Shown in pieces: positions 20,488 to 30,363 of a stretch of 64,000 bases of DNA. This stretch comes from an uncultured delta proteobacterium (GTDB lineage Bacteria; Desulfobacterota; Binatia; UBA9968). A program made the translations under genes and the position numbers. The notes under the pieces were generated by a model, which was given only the letters and a program-made list of their open reading frames with translations, made no database searches and had not been told where the DNA came from. The DNA lies in assembly GCA_963840855.1 (NCBI GenBank), contig CAWJBB010000030.1:128001-192000 (forward strand), written 5' to 3'. The stretch's first letter is position 1. Each line of letters opens with the position of its first letter.

Positions 20488-20831
20488 GGTTTGATCTTTT
20501 GAATCTTTGTGGTCCTTTGATGCTTGAGGGCTTTGGTATATCGAAGAGCGGTTTGATGCAGCAGCTCCTGAAGAACACGGCCGTTGTCGAGGCTAAGCCG
20601 TATCTCTGGGACCAATGGCTCTGGGATGTAAATCGCAAAGCGGCGTCCTTTAATGCGCACGTATAGGATATGACTGGGGTGCTGTTCGCCCGAACGGCAG
20701 GCTGCGCAGTGTTCGCGCACGCAGGGACTTCGCCGCAGGCTCAACGACCCCAGCGCAGCCGGCCACAGCCCTGCGGCTTGTTTTTGGAACCATTGCTCGA
20801 CATCGGCGGCAGTTTCAGTTTTGCGCGACAT
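20484..20831 (-). CDS. IS-associated small protein (DUF6788-like)
   Basis: GSLSLRRSPC..C.AC..GEQHP; overlaps the transposase start. Confidence 0.65.
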   Translation of the reverse strand: MSRKTETAADVEQWFQKQAAGLWPAALGSLSLRRSPCVREHCAACRSGEQHPSHILYVRIKGRRFAIYIPEPLVPEIRLSLDNGRVLQELLHQTALRYTKALKHQRTTKIQKIKP

Positions 20832-20955
20832 GTTCTATGTGTGCCATAAGGCATACATGCTTGTCAAGTAAAAAATGAAACTAAGAAGTAAAAAATTCTT
20901 GATTTAGCAGTGAGTTGCGAGTTTCGCGACAGAAACTAGACTAGCGGGAGGTCGC

Positions 20956-21855
20956 ATGTTCCTTATCAACACACGTAAACGGAATCCCAACAAGACCTTC
21001 GGACACGAAAAAATGCAAAAGGGAGACTATGCGGTGTACGAGATCCACAAGGCATCCGACGGGAGGGAGGCTCAACAGAAAACTTTAGAGGATATTCCAA
21101 CGAACAAGGATCTACTGCTCCTCATACACGGCTTCAACAACGACTTCGATGAGGTAACAGCTGCCTATCTTGGTTTCGACAGAAGAGTTCGTGCGATTGG
21201 ATTTAACGGGAACGTCATCGGATTCACGTGGCCGAGCTATGGTGAATGGTTTCAGTATTTCGGTGATGTAGAGCAGGTCGAGTACGCCTCTTTTGGTTTT
21301 CTAAATTTTCTCTTAGCTCTCCGCCCGCTGCTCGGCGATAAAAAATTTCACGTCAACACCCACAGTATGGGTGCCTATCTTCTAATTCGCGCCTTGGCTG
21401 CGTATTCGGTTATCCACGCAGTCGCGGAACCTCTGCCCGGGCGTTGTGTTATCGATGAGATGACTTTCTTCGCCGCGGATGTTACCAATGAAATTCTTGA
21501 GAGGGGAGAGGACGGAAATGTAGCGGTGGGTGAAGCGAGTCGATTGACGTCATATTTTTCCTATAAGGATCCAACCCTGAGTATTTCACAAGTCGTAAAT
21601 CATGACGGCCGTCTAGGATTAGCCGGAGCTGAAAGACCAAACCGTTTACCCAACAACGCATTTCAGATTGATTGCAGCACTCTCATTGAATCTCATTCGG
21701 CTTACCGAAGCACGCCTGACGTAATGGAGGATCTAGTGAACGTTCTTCGCGGCACTTCTTCGAATGAGATTAAAAAACGGCGAGCCACTGGAGACAAGAA
21801 TACATTTGCTATTGGGCCGGAAGAAGAAGAGGAGATCGATGAAAACGACGACTAA
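20956..21855 (+). CDS. Alpha/beta hydrolase (DUF900-like)
   Basis: IHGFNN, FTWPS, HSMG nucleophile motif; lower GC. Confidence 0.8.
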   Translation: MFLINTRKRNPNKTFGHEKMQKGDYAVYEIHKASDGREAQQKTLEDIPTNKDLLLLIHGFNNDFDEVTAAYLGFDRRVRAIGFNGNVIGFTWPSYGEWFQYFGDVEQVEYASFGFLNFLLALRPLLGDKKFHVNTHSMGAYLLIRALAAYSVIHAVAEPLPGRCVIDEMTFFAADVTNEILERGEDGNVAVGEASRLTSYFSYKDPTLSISQVVNHDGRLGLAGAERPNRLPNNAFQIDCSTLIESHSAYRSTPDVMEDLVNVLRGTSSNEIKKRRATGDKNTFAIGPEEEEEIDENDD

Positions 21856-21953
21856 GACTCGACATGCAGCTTGGGCTCAAGACTATGCATCGCGATGTCG
21901 CATTTTAGATCGGAGCGCTGACTACCACGATCCCCGGCGTTTTTCCCGGTTGA

Positions 21954-22955
21954 TTATTGCCATGCTGCCATCACGCTAAGCAAATCGCAGACGCGATTGG
22001 AATATCCCCATTCGTTGTCGTACCAACTGAGGCACTTGAGATACCGGTTGCCGGTAACATTAGTGAATCCCGCGTCAAAAATGGAAGAATGCGAATTGCC
22101 GATAATGTCGGAGGATACTACGGGTAATTCCACAAATTGCATAATACCCTTCATGCGCGCGGACTCGGCAGCGGCGCGTATCTCAGAATGGACATTTTCG
22201 ACAGTAACGCCTTTTTCCAGTTCCACAAACAGGTCTACGACCGAACCATCGGGGACCGGTACACGCGCGGCGATTCCGTCTAGCCTGCCTTTTAACTCGG
22301 GCAAAACCATGCCGACCGCCTTGGCGGCACCGGTCGATGTCGGGATGATATTCTCCGCCGCAGCGCGGCTGCGCCGCCAGTCCGAGTGCGGCACATCGGC
22401 CAGGCGCTGGTCATTGGTATAGGCGTGCACCGTGTTGATGATGCCTTCCACGATACCAAAGGCATCATGGAGCACCTTCGCCAATGGCGCCAAACAATTG
22501 GTGGTGCAGCTCGCGTTTGAAATGATGCGGTGTTGCGGGTTCAGCCCTTCATCGTTGACGCCAAGCACGACCGTGTAGTCAATCTCGTCCTTCGCCGGAA
22601 CCGTAAGCACTACGCGCTTCGCACCGGCGCGAAGGTGATTGGTGAGCTGTTCCCTGGCGGTGAAAATACCTGTCGATTCCACGACGGCGTCGATGCCGAG
22701 CTCGCCCCACGGCAGCTGGAGCGGGTCCTTTTGACAAAGCATCCGGGTGCGGCCGTGCGAGGTCACGAGATCGTCCCCCTCGAGCTGCAAGGTGCCCTCG
22801 AAAGGACCCATGACGGTGTCATAATTCAGCAAATAGCGTAGCGCTTCGTTGTCGAAGAGGTCGTTAATGGCAACGACTTCAACGTCTCGACGTCTATCCA
22901 GAATGCGGAAGACGGTGCGGCCGATCCGGCCAAATCCGTTGATTGCAACTCTCAT
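21954..22955 (-). CDS. gap: Type I glyceraldehyde-3-phosphate dehydrogenase
   Basis: INGFGRIGR, SNASCTTNCLAP, TVHAYT, WYDNEWGYS. Confidence 0.97.
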   Translation of the reverse strand: MRVAINGFGRIGRTVFRILDRRRDVEVVAINDLFDNEALRYLLNYDTVMGPFEGTLQLEGDDLVTSHGRTRMLCQKDPLQLPWGELGIDAVVESTGIFTAREQLTNHLRAGAKRVVLTVPAKDEIDYTVVLGVNDEGLNPQHRIISNASCTTNCLAPLAKVLHDAFGIVEGIINTVHAYTNDQRLADVPHSDWRRSRAAAENIIPTSTGAAKAVGMVLPELKGRLDGIAARVPVPDGSVVDLFVELEKGVTVENVHSEIRAAAESARMKGIMQFVELPVVSSDIIGNSHSSIFDAGFTNVTGNRYLKCLSWYDNEWGYSNRVCDLLSVMAAWQ

Positions 22956-23970
22956 TTCACACCTCCGATGGCGCCGAGCCTGCTGTAACGCCTTGCCACA
23001 TCGAGCACGCGGCACGCGTGACCCAGGCTTTCGTACCAGGCCAGCACTTTGACGATCCGTTTTCCTGCCTTGAGGGTCGCCCGGCAATCAAAGAGCAAGG
23101 ATTGCCGGCAACCGATGACATCAGAGGAAACCACCGGATCGTCGGTCACACCGATCAGCAGCGGATGATTTTTAGCGGCACTACACATGGCCTCGTTCAC
23201 TTGCTCGACAGTCACTCCGGAATCGCGCAACACGCAGTTCAGATCAAGCAAGGATCCCCGTTGCACCGGCACATTGAGGGCATAACCGCTCAATTTTCCC
23301 GCAAATTGTGGCAGGATGAGCTCCACCCAGCGAGCCGACTCGTTACTGTTGGGGATGATATTCTGCGCGGCGGATCGACTGCGACGAAAATCCTCATGTG
23401 CGTAATCCTGAAGAGACTGATCGCTGCTATAGGCGTGAACTGTCGTCATCGACGCGCAGTCGACTCCCAATGCCTTGTCCAGAGTCTGCAACAAGAGCGC
23501 AAGAGCATTGGTGGTTGCCGACCCTGCCGATATCAGTCTATCTTCGCTGACTGCACTCCCTTCACTGATACCTGGAATTACCACACGATCTATGGGGTCT
23601 GCCGGTAACGATGCCAGAATGACCCGGCCCGCACCGGTCCGCAAATGGGCTTCCAGATACTCACGGCGCCGATAGCGGCCTGTGGCGTCTATAACGCAGT
23701 CGACGCCAAAAACATCCCAGGGGACGTCCCCGGTCTGGCAAGCTGCAGCATTCTTGTCTGGAACTTCTCATTGATTAGGTAATTGTCCCGGAGTTCGCAC
23801 TGCGGCCCATCCAGAGCGTCGCTTTTGAGCAGGTAGTGGATGATTTCCGGTTTGCCGATATCCGCAACCGCGGGGATTTCGATATCGTCATTTTCAAGCG
23901 CAAGGTGATAGATGTGCCGACCAATTTGGCCCAGCCCCATAATCCCGATTCGGATTTTGCCATCACGCAT
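22952..23970 (-). CDS. GAPDH paralogue lacking the catalytic Cys (frameshift near 23700)
   Basis: GIMGLGQIGR, SAGSATTNAL, TVHAYS, RRSRSAAQNIIP, WYES. Confidence 0.85.
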
Positions 23971-24238
23971 GATTGCACTCCGTCCATCTCAAAGATTAAC
24001 AGCCAATTCTTCTGTTGTTTATGCTACATCCACGCGTCTGAAATAGCCATGCGCTACAAGAAGGGGCCAGAATCCTTTCACATTGGACAAAGCCCGCCCA
24101 GCAAATCTTCGGAATGCCGTTTTTTTTATCCTTGACGCGCGCTTTCCGTTTACCCTATTTTACGCGCAGCTAGTGGCCAATCCGGCGGCGCGAAAAATCA
24201 ATAGTGTCAATTGGACACAAGGATGAAAGGAGCTTGCT

Positions 24239-25261
24239 ATGCGTAAAAAGGATTCAGTGACGGAAGACCGACTGACAAGACGAACCGTGCTCAAGGCCGC
24301 CTGCACAGTGGGAGCGACGATCGTCGCAGGCTCTGCGCTAGCGCAGCAGCCTACGCAGCAAACGCCGCGCGTGAAGGGTCCGCACGTCTGGCTCGACATG
24401 GACCAGAAAGAGATCGACGACGCGTACGACCAGAGCGTCTGGGCGCCAAACCAGGCGCACCTCAGCAAGCGGCGCGCGGCATGGAGCGATTCGGTATACG
24501 CTCGTCTCAAACCCGAACGCGCCGCCTATGGTCCGACGGAAATCGAAAAGGTCGATATTTACAAAACCAAGCAGCGGAACGCTCCCATCCAGGTTTTCCT
24601 GCATGGCGGCGCGTGGCGCAGCGGCTCGGCCAAGAACTCCGCGTATCCGGCCGAGATGTTCGTGACAGCCGGCGCGCATTATGTCGCGGTCGATTTCGTC
24701 GACGTGGGAAAGGCAGACGGCAACCTCATGACGATGGCCGACCAGGTGCGGCGCGCGGTGGCTTGGGTTTATAAGAACGCCGCAAGCTTCGGCGGGGATC
24801 CAAGCCGCCTCTACGTCTCGGGACATTCTTCCGGCGGCCACCTGGCCGGCGTGGTTATGGTGACAGACTGGAAAAAAGATTTCGGATTGCCGCCCGACAT
24901 CGTAAAAGGCGGTCTATTGATGAGCGGCATGTATGATCTCAAACCCGTCAGGCTTTCGAAGCGCAGCGAGTATGTCAAGTTCACCGACGAGATGGAGCAG
25001 GCGTTAAGCACGCAACGGCATCTCGATAAACTTAACGCGCCCATTATCGTAAGTCACGGAACGCTGGAGTCGCCGGAATTCCAGCGCCAGGCGCGCGACT
25101 TCGTCGCGGCAGTCAAAGCCGCGGGCAAGCCGGTGCAGCTAATAGTCGGCGAGGGATACAATCATTTTGAAATGCCGGAGACCTTCGGTAACCCTTATGG
25201 TCTTATGGGGCGTGCCGCGCTCCAGCAGATGAAGCTCGCGCCGGCGCAGCCGCAATCATAG
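24239..25261 (+). CDS. Tat-exported alpha/beta hydrolase (arylformamidase-like)
   Basis: TRRTVLK Tat signal; HGGAW; GHSSGG; C-terminal NHF. Confidence 0.85.
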   Translation: MRKKDSVTEDRLTRRTVLKAACTVGATIVAGSALAQQPTQQTPRVKGPHVWLDMDQKEIDDAYDQSVWAPNQAHLSKRRAAWSDSVYARLKPERAAYGPTEIEKVDIYKTKQRNAPIQVFLHGGAWRSGSAKNSAYPAEMFVTAGAHYVAVDFVDVGKADGNLMTMADQVRRAVAWVYKNAASFGGDPSRLYVSGHSSGGHLAGVVMVTDWKKDFGLPPDIVKGGLLMSGMYDLKPVRLSKRSEYVKFTDEMEQALSTQRHLDKLNAPIIVSHGTLESPEFQRQARDFVAAVKAAGKPVQLIVGEGYNHFEMPETFGNPYGLMGRAALQQMKLAPAQPQS

Positions 25262-25472
25262 CGGGCCGCTGCGCTTGCGAGGTTTCGGGTTTCGAGTTGA
25301 ACGAAACCCGAAACCTGTTCGTGCGCTATATCGAGAAATCCGAGAACCTGAGTATCCTCACCTCGACCCTGTCGCGCGCCAGCGAGCCGCGCGCCAAGTA
25401 AGAATATTTGACCCAGAAACTTTGTTCGTGTTATTTTTGCGGTTCTTTTCACACCTGCATTAGGAGCTCCAT

Positions 25473-27164
25473 ATGGCGAAGGCGGAAGTCATCATTTCAA
25501 CTCCCACGGCCGACGCTCTGTTTGTGAACGGCAAAGTGGCCACCGTCAACTCTCGCGATGAAATAGCCGAGGCGTTATCAATTCGGGGCAAGCGCATTTT
25601 ACGCGTAGGGAATCGTCCCTATGTCGAACAGACCGTAGGACCGAACACCAAAGTAGTCGACTTGAAGGGCCGCACGCTTGTTCCAGGATTCATTGAAAAT
25701 CACATCCATATGACGAACTCCCCGCAGCGCCGCTGGGTTGATTGCAGCTACGCTGCTTGTCCTTCGATCTCCGACATCGCGGAAAAAATTGCCGCGCGAA
25801 CTCGCGTTGCAGAGCCGGGCGACTGGATACTCGGCAGAGGTTTTCAGTCGGCCCGTCTAAAGGATGGCCGAAATCCCAATCGTTTCGATCTTGATCCGAT
25901 CTCGCCGAACAACCCCGTCGGTATCGCCAATCGCGAAGGGATGGGCTGGACTTTCAACACTCGCGGCCTGCGACGCATAGGCGTAGAGGACGACACGCCG
26001 GATCCACCCGGCGGCCCCATGGAGCGCGACCTTCGCGGCCGGCCGCTTGGGCCGATGTGGGACAACACCCGCGAAGTATTCATAAGACCCAACTTGCCAA
26101 AATATAGCCTCAACGATCTGCTCGAAGGATACCGCTGGATCGCCGGGGAGCTGAATCGTTGCGGCATCACCACGGCATTTGAGGCGGCGATTCGAAATCT
26201 GGCGGAGACCGCTGCCTGGCAACGGCTTCGGCTGGAGAAACCGCTGTCGTTGCGGGTCGTGATGGGACCTTATCCCGTGTACGGAGAAAAGTGGGAAGCC
26301 AACAGTACGGCCGGAAAGATCTTTGACACAGGATTGGCAACCAGCTTCGGTGACAGCTGGCTGAAGCTGGGAGCCGTCCAAATTGGCATCGACGGAGGTG
26401 TTATCGGCCAAACGGCGGCGCTGCGCGAACCGTACAGCAACGATCCAAGCGGCACATGGCGCGGCAGCTTCCGGCTAAGCCAGGAGACGGCCAATGAATT
26501 CATGATTAAAGTTCAATCAAACGATTGGCAAGCCGGGCTCATATGTCATGGCGACCACGGAATCATGCGCGGCCTTGAGGCGATCGCCCACGCGCGCAAG
26601 CAGGTAAACAATCGCGATCTGCGCCATCGGCTCGAGCACGCTTATCTATGGAATGCCGAAACTATGGATCGAATGGCCGAGCTAGGAGTGATCTGGAACA
26701 CCCAACCGCCATTGCTTGAAATTGTCGGGCGGGATGGGGTGTATGCCCAGTGGGGAGAGCGCGCGCGCTTCGCCTTCCCGTTCAAGTCTCTGGCCGCACG
26801 AGGCGTCATCATCAGCGGCGGATCGGATTGGCCGGTGGGTCTCTACAATCCTCTGATCGGAATAGATATTCTCGTTAACCACCGTTTCGGCCCGGAAGAA
26901 AACGGCGAGGTGCTCAATTCGAATGAAGGCCTCAGCGTTCTTCAAGCGCTCCGCGTTTACACCTACAATGGCGCCTATACAGCTTTTGAGGAACACGAGA
27001 AGGGATCGCTTGAAGAGGGGAAATTGGCGGACATAGCGGTGCTCTCGGACGACCTGCTCACCTTGCCGCCGAGCCAAATTCGCGAGCTGAAGGTCGACCA
27101 GACATATGTTGATGGTCGTTTGGTCTATGACCGATCGACCACTGCAGTGCCGCCGGCTGTATAG
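25473..27164 (+). CDS. Amidohydrolase_3 (YtcJ-like) metal-dependent hydrolase
   Basis: PGFIENHIH, RHRLEHA, GSDWP, GSLEEGKLAD. Confidence 0.88.
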   Translation: MAKAEVIISTPTADALFVNGKVATVNSRDEIAEALSIRGKRILRVGNRPYVEQTVGPNTKVVDLKGRTLVPGFIENHIHMTNSPQRRWVDCSYAACPSISDIAEKIAARTRVAEPGDWILGRGFQSARLKDGRNPNRFDLDPISPNNPVGIANREGMGWTFNTRGLRRIGVEDDTPDPPGGPMERDLRGRPLGPMWDNTREVFIRPNLPKYSLNDLLEGYRWIAGELNRCGITTAFEAAIRNLAETAAWQRLRLEKPLSLRVVMGPYPVYGEKWEANSTAGKIFDTGLATSFGDSWLKLGAVQIGIDGGVIGQTAALREPYSNDPSGTWRGSFRLSQETANEFMIKVQSNDWQAGLICHGDHGIMRGLEAIAHARKQVNNRDLRHRLEHAYLWNAETMDRMAELGVIWNTQPPLLEIVGRDGVYAQWGERARFAFPFKSLAARGVIISGGSDWPVGLYNPLIGIDILVNHRFGPEENGEVLNSNEGLSVLQALRVYTYNGAYTAFEEHEKGSLEEGKLADIAVLSDDLLTLPPSQIRELKVDQTYVDGRLVYDRSTTAVPPAV

Positions 27165-27173
27165 GGATGGAAA

Positions 27174-27357
27174 CTAGTGTGGTGAGCCAGAAATTTTGCA
27201 ACAAAAAAGTCAAGCCCTCAGGTGTCATTGCCGCGAAAGCGGCAATCCAGACTCCTTTGAATTTCCTGGATTCCGGGTCGCGCTAGCTTAGCTATCGCCA
27301 GCTTGCCCGGAATGACGTTTGAACTTTGTTTGCAAATTTCAGAGTCATAACACTAGA
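27174..27357. mobile_element. MITE-like element with CTAG-ended inverted repeats enclosing a REP-like pair
   Basis: CTAGTGTGGTGAGCCAGAAATTTTGCAACAAA ... TTTGTTTGCAAATTTCAGAGTCATAACACTAG; inner GTCATTGCCGCGAAAGCGGCAATCCAG / CTGGATTCC...CCCGGAATGAC. Confidence 0.65.
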
Positions 27358-28411
27358 CCGCAATAGGCTATGGAGGGTTTTGGCCGTGCAACTATTTCTT
27401 AACAGTCTAACGTTTGCGTGTTTCGTCCTGCTCTTCCTGGTCCAAAGCGCAACGACTTGGGCGCAGTCTGACCCGACAAAGCGCCTCATTGAAGGAGCCA
27501 AGAAAGAGGGAAAGCTCGTCTGGTATACTGCCTTGTCAATCCAAGATGCCGAGTTGCTCACTAAACGCTTCGAGCAGCTCTATCCATTCGTTAAAACCGA
27601 AACGCTGAGATTGGTGACGGATTCTCTACTGACGAAAATTCTGACCGAGGCGAGGGCCGGCGCCTTCAACGCCGATGTCATTGAGATACCGGGCATTGCC
27701 GGAAACATCGTAAAAAAAGAAGGCCTGTTTGAAAAATACCTTTCACCGGAAGCCAAGGCTTATCCCGCGTCGATGAAAGATCCGGACGGGACCTGGACGA
27801 GCTTTTTTGTCCACACGCTGGTTCTCGTTTACAACACTCAGCTCATCAAAAAAGAGGAGCTGCCGCGCAGCTATGAGCAGCTCATCAACTCTAAATGGAA
27901 AGGGAAGATTGTCCTGCGGGACGAAGATTTCGAAACCTTCGGCATGATGCTCAAGGTGATGGGTCGAGAGAAGGGATTGAATTTTATGCGCCTCTTGTCG
28001 GCACAAGGAGTGGAGCTCCGAAACAGTTTCACTCTGGCGGTGGGGGCAGTTGCGTCGGGCGAGGTGCCGTTAGGCATGAATCTTTACGGAACCCATACCG
28101 AGGAGTTCAAGAAAAGAGGTGCTCCGGTCGATTGGGTGCCGATGGAATTTGTCCTCACCACAGTAGAACCGCTAGCAGTGGCGGCGCGGGCGCCCCACCC
28201 CAGCGCCGCCCGTCTGTTCGTCGATTTTCTCCTGTCCAAGGAAGCCCAGACGCTGATGCGCGAACGCAGCCGGATTCCATCGCGCCCGGATGTGCCGCCG
28301 GACCCACCGGAGCTCACGCGCGGGCTGAAGTTGATTCCGACTGACCTTTCTCTCGCCGATCAATCAAACCAGCTTGCCAAGGAATTTCGCCAGCTATTCA
28401 AAGGTCAATAA
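27326..28411 (+). CDS. ABC extracellular solute-binding protein (true start likely ~27380)
   Basis: GAKKEGKLVWY, WKGK, APHPSAARLFVDFLLS. Confidence 0.85.
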   Translation: MFANFRVITLDRNRLWRVLAVQLFLNSLTFACFVLLFLVQSATTWAQSDPTKRLIEGAKKEGKLVWYTALSIQDAELLTKRFEQLYPFVKTETLRLVTDSLLTKILTEARAGAFNADVIEIPGIAGNIVKKEGLFEKYLSPEAKAYPASMKDPDGTWTSFFVHTLVLVYNTQLIKKEELPRSYEQLINSKWKGKIVLRDEDFETFGMMLKVMGREKGLNFMRLLSAQGVELRNSFTLAVGAVASGEVPLGMNLYGTHTEEFKKRGAPVDWVPMEFVLTTVEPLAVAARAPHPSAARLFVDFLLSKEAQTLMRERSRIPSRPDVPPDPPELTRGLKLIPTDLSLADQSNQLAKEFRQLFKGQ

Positions 28412-28523
28412 ACGGTTCACTCCGTGTCGAGCGTTGATCGCTATGGAGCAAGGATTGACGCCCGCCGGGAGCAAAGCGACGCCATAATGAGCGGGTCATT
28501 AAATTTATTCTTGGAGGATTGCT

Positions 28524-30350
28524 ATGGAGCACCAAGAACCGCAAGCGGGTAAAGATAATGTGCCAGTAAACTTTGGTGCGAAGTTGCGCCGCTGGTTCGG
28601 CTTTATATGGAAAGCATTGTCATTGCTCTTGGTGGTTGTCGTCATCATAGCAGCGCTCTATGCCGCGATTCGCTTTCTTCCCGACCGGGCGGTGACCTAC
28701 GATACGATGGTCGATCATTTCAAATATGGCTCCACCGGCGGCGATCGTGTCACCGGAATTCCGTTCTGGATCTGGCAGGCAATGCCGCTGGTTTGCGCCG
28801 CGGATTTAAAACAAGTGGCGGGAGACCGGCTGGCCGACGACTATGGCAAGCGCGTCGCAAGGTACGAAAGGGGCGAGAGCGCCCCGGCAAATCGCCGTGA
28901 ACTCTCGCGCGAGGGCTACAAAGCCCTCGGTTTCATCTACGAGCAGAACCCCAACGGGCAGGAGCGGGATCTCCCCATCGGGGTCTCGCAGCGCCGTAGC
29001 CTGGGTATGGACCGTTCGTATATCAACTGCGCGATCTGTCATACGAGCAAGGTGCGCAAGGATGCCAAAGACCCCGGCACCATCGTCGTGGGCATGCCGG
29101 CCAATCTTTTTAGCCTCTATGATTACGAGCATTTTATATTCCAGTGCGGCAAAAACAGACGATTTGGCGCGCTCGAAATTATCCCCGAGATCCAGAGCCT
29201 CGGCGGCAACCTCGGGCTCATCGACCGTTACCTGGTTTATCCCATTGCCATCGAGGCGGTGGAATTTGCGATTCGGTTTCTCGAATACGTGGCGGGCTTT
29301 TCCGTCCGTCAACCTGACTGGGGTCCCGGCCGCAACGACACCTTCACGAACAACAAGATCTTTTTATATGGCGAGCCCTGGCGCGACACCATGCCCGATT
29401 GGTGGAAAACCAGAAAGGTCGATCCAGAAGGCATCGGCATCGTCGATTGGCCGTCCATCTGGCTGCAAGGGCCGCGCAAGAAACGCTCAGACGGCAGGCC
29501 GATGCAACTGCACTGGGACGGCAACAACGACATGGTGGAGGAGCGCAACTTGAATGCCGCGCTGGCGACTTCGGCGCTGCCGGGTTACATCGACCACGAA
29601 GCCATCGAATGCATCGAGCAGTGGCTCGAGACCTTCGAGCCGCCGAAATACGAAAAATTTTTCCCCATCGATCAAGCGCTGGCGAAAAAGGGCGAGCCGA
29701 TCTACGCGAAATATTGCGCCGAGTGCCATGGGCGTGATGGCCGGAATTTCGAGGGTAAGTATGTCGGATTCGTCACCCATATCGACGAAATCGGCACCGA
29801 TCGGCACCGCTTGGACAATTACACCGAGACTCTCGCGCTGAACATGGCGACGACCTACGCCGAGCAAAAACGGAACTTGCGGTCCCATGCTTGTCCCGGC
29901 GGGACCACCTACCAACCGCCGGATCGGTCGGTGGTGGCCGAACCGGGCCCGGGAGGTAAGCGTTTGGCGGCGGTGGAAAAGGAAGAAGGTTCCTACCGCT
30001 ACAAGCATTATCGCAAGACCCACGGCTATGCGAATATGCCGCTTGACGGCGTTTGGCTGCGCGCGCCGTATCTGCACAACGGCTCGGTGCCGACCCTGCG
30101 AGATCTGCTGGAGCAGAGCGGCCCGAGCGGCAAGCGCCCACCCACGTTCTATCGCGGCAACGATCTCTACGACCCAAAAAATGTTGGTTTCGTTTCTAAA
30201 GAGCCGAAAGACGCCAACGGCAAGACATATTTCTTGTACGACACCAAGATTCCGGGCAACGGCAACAAAGGTCACGAGGGCCGCAGATACGGCACCGAAT
30301 TGCCACCGGAACAGAAAGAGGCGTTGATCGAGTACTTGAAAACGTTTTAA
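28524..30350 (+). CDS. Membrane-anchored di-haem c cytochrome, RoxA/CcP-MauG-like
   Basis: TM helix; FKYGSTG; CAICH and CAECH; LDGVWLRAPYLHNGSVPTL; GNGNKGH. Confidence 0.8.
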   Translation: MEHQEPQAGKDNVPVNFGAKLRRWFGFIWKALSLLLVVVVIIAALYAAIRFLPDRAVTYDTMVDHFKYGSTGGDRVTGIPFWIWQAMPLVCAADLKQVAGDRLADDYGKRVARYERGESAPANRRELSREGYKALGFIYEQNPNGQERDLPIGVSQRRSLGMDRSYINCAICHTSKVRKDAKDPGTIVVGMPANLFSLYDYEHFIFQCGKNRRFGALEIIPEIQSLGGNLGLIDRYLVYPIAIEAVEFAIRFLEYVAGFSVRQPDWGPGRNDTFTNNKIFLYGEPWRDTMPDWWKTRKVDPEGIGIVDWPSIWLQGPRKKRSDGRPMQLHWDGNNDMVEERNLNAALATSALPGYIDHEAIECIEQWLETFEPPKYEKFFPIDQALAKKGEPIYAKYCAECHGRDGRNFEGKYVGFVTHIDEIGTDRHRLDNYTETLALNMATTYAEQKRNLRSHACPGGTTYQPPDRSVVAEPGPGGKRLAAVEKEEGSYRYKHYRKTHGYANMPLDGVWLRAPYLHNGSVPTLRDLLEQSGPSGKRPPTFYRGNDLYDPKNVGFVSKEPKDANGKTYFLYDTKIPGNGNKGHEGRRYGTELPPEQKEALIEYLKTF

Positions 30351-30363
30351 CGGGAGAGAGTGG

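Larger units (their letters stand above)
19302..20938 (-). mobile_element. ISNCY/IS5-like insertion sequence (small ORF plus transposase), probably 3'-truncated
   Basis: Two coupled ORFs; weakly inverted ends TAGTCTTCCGCGG / TAGTTTCTGTCGCG. Confidence 0.6.
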
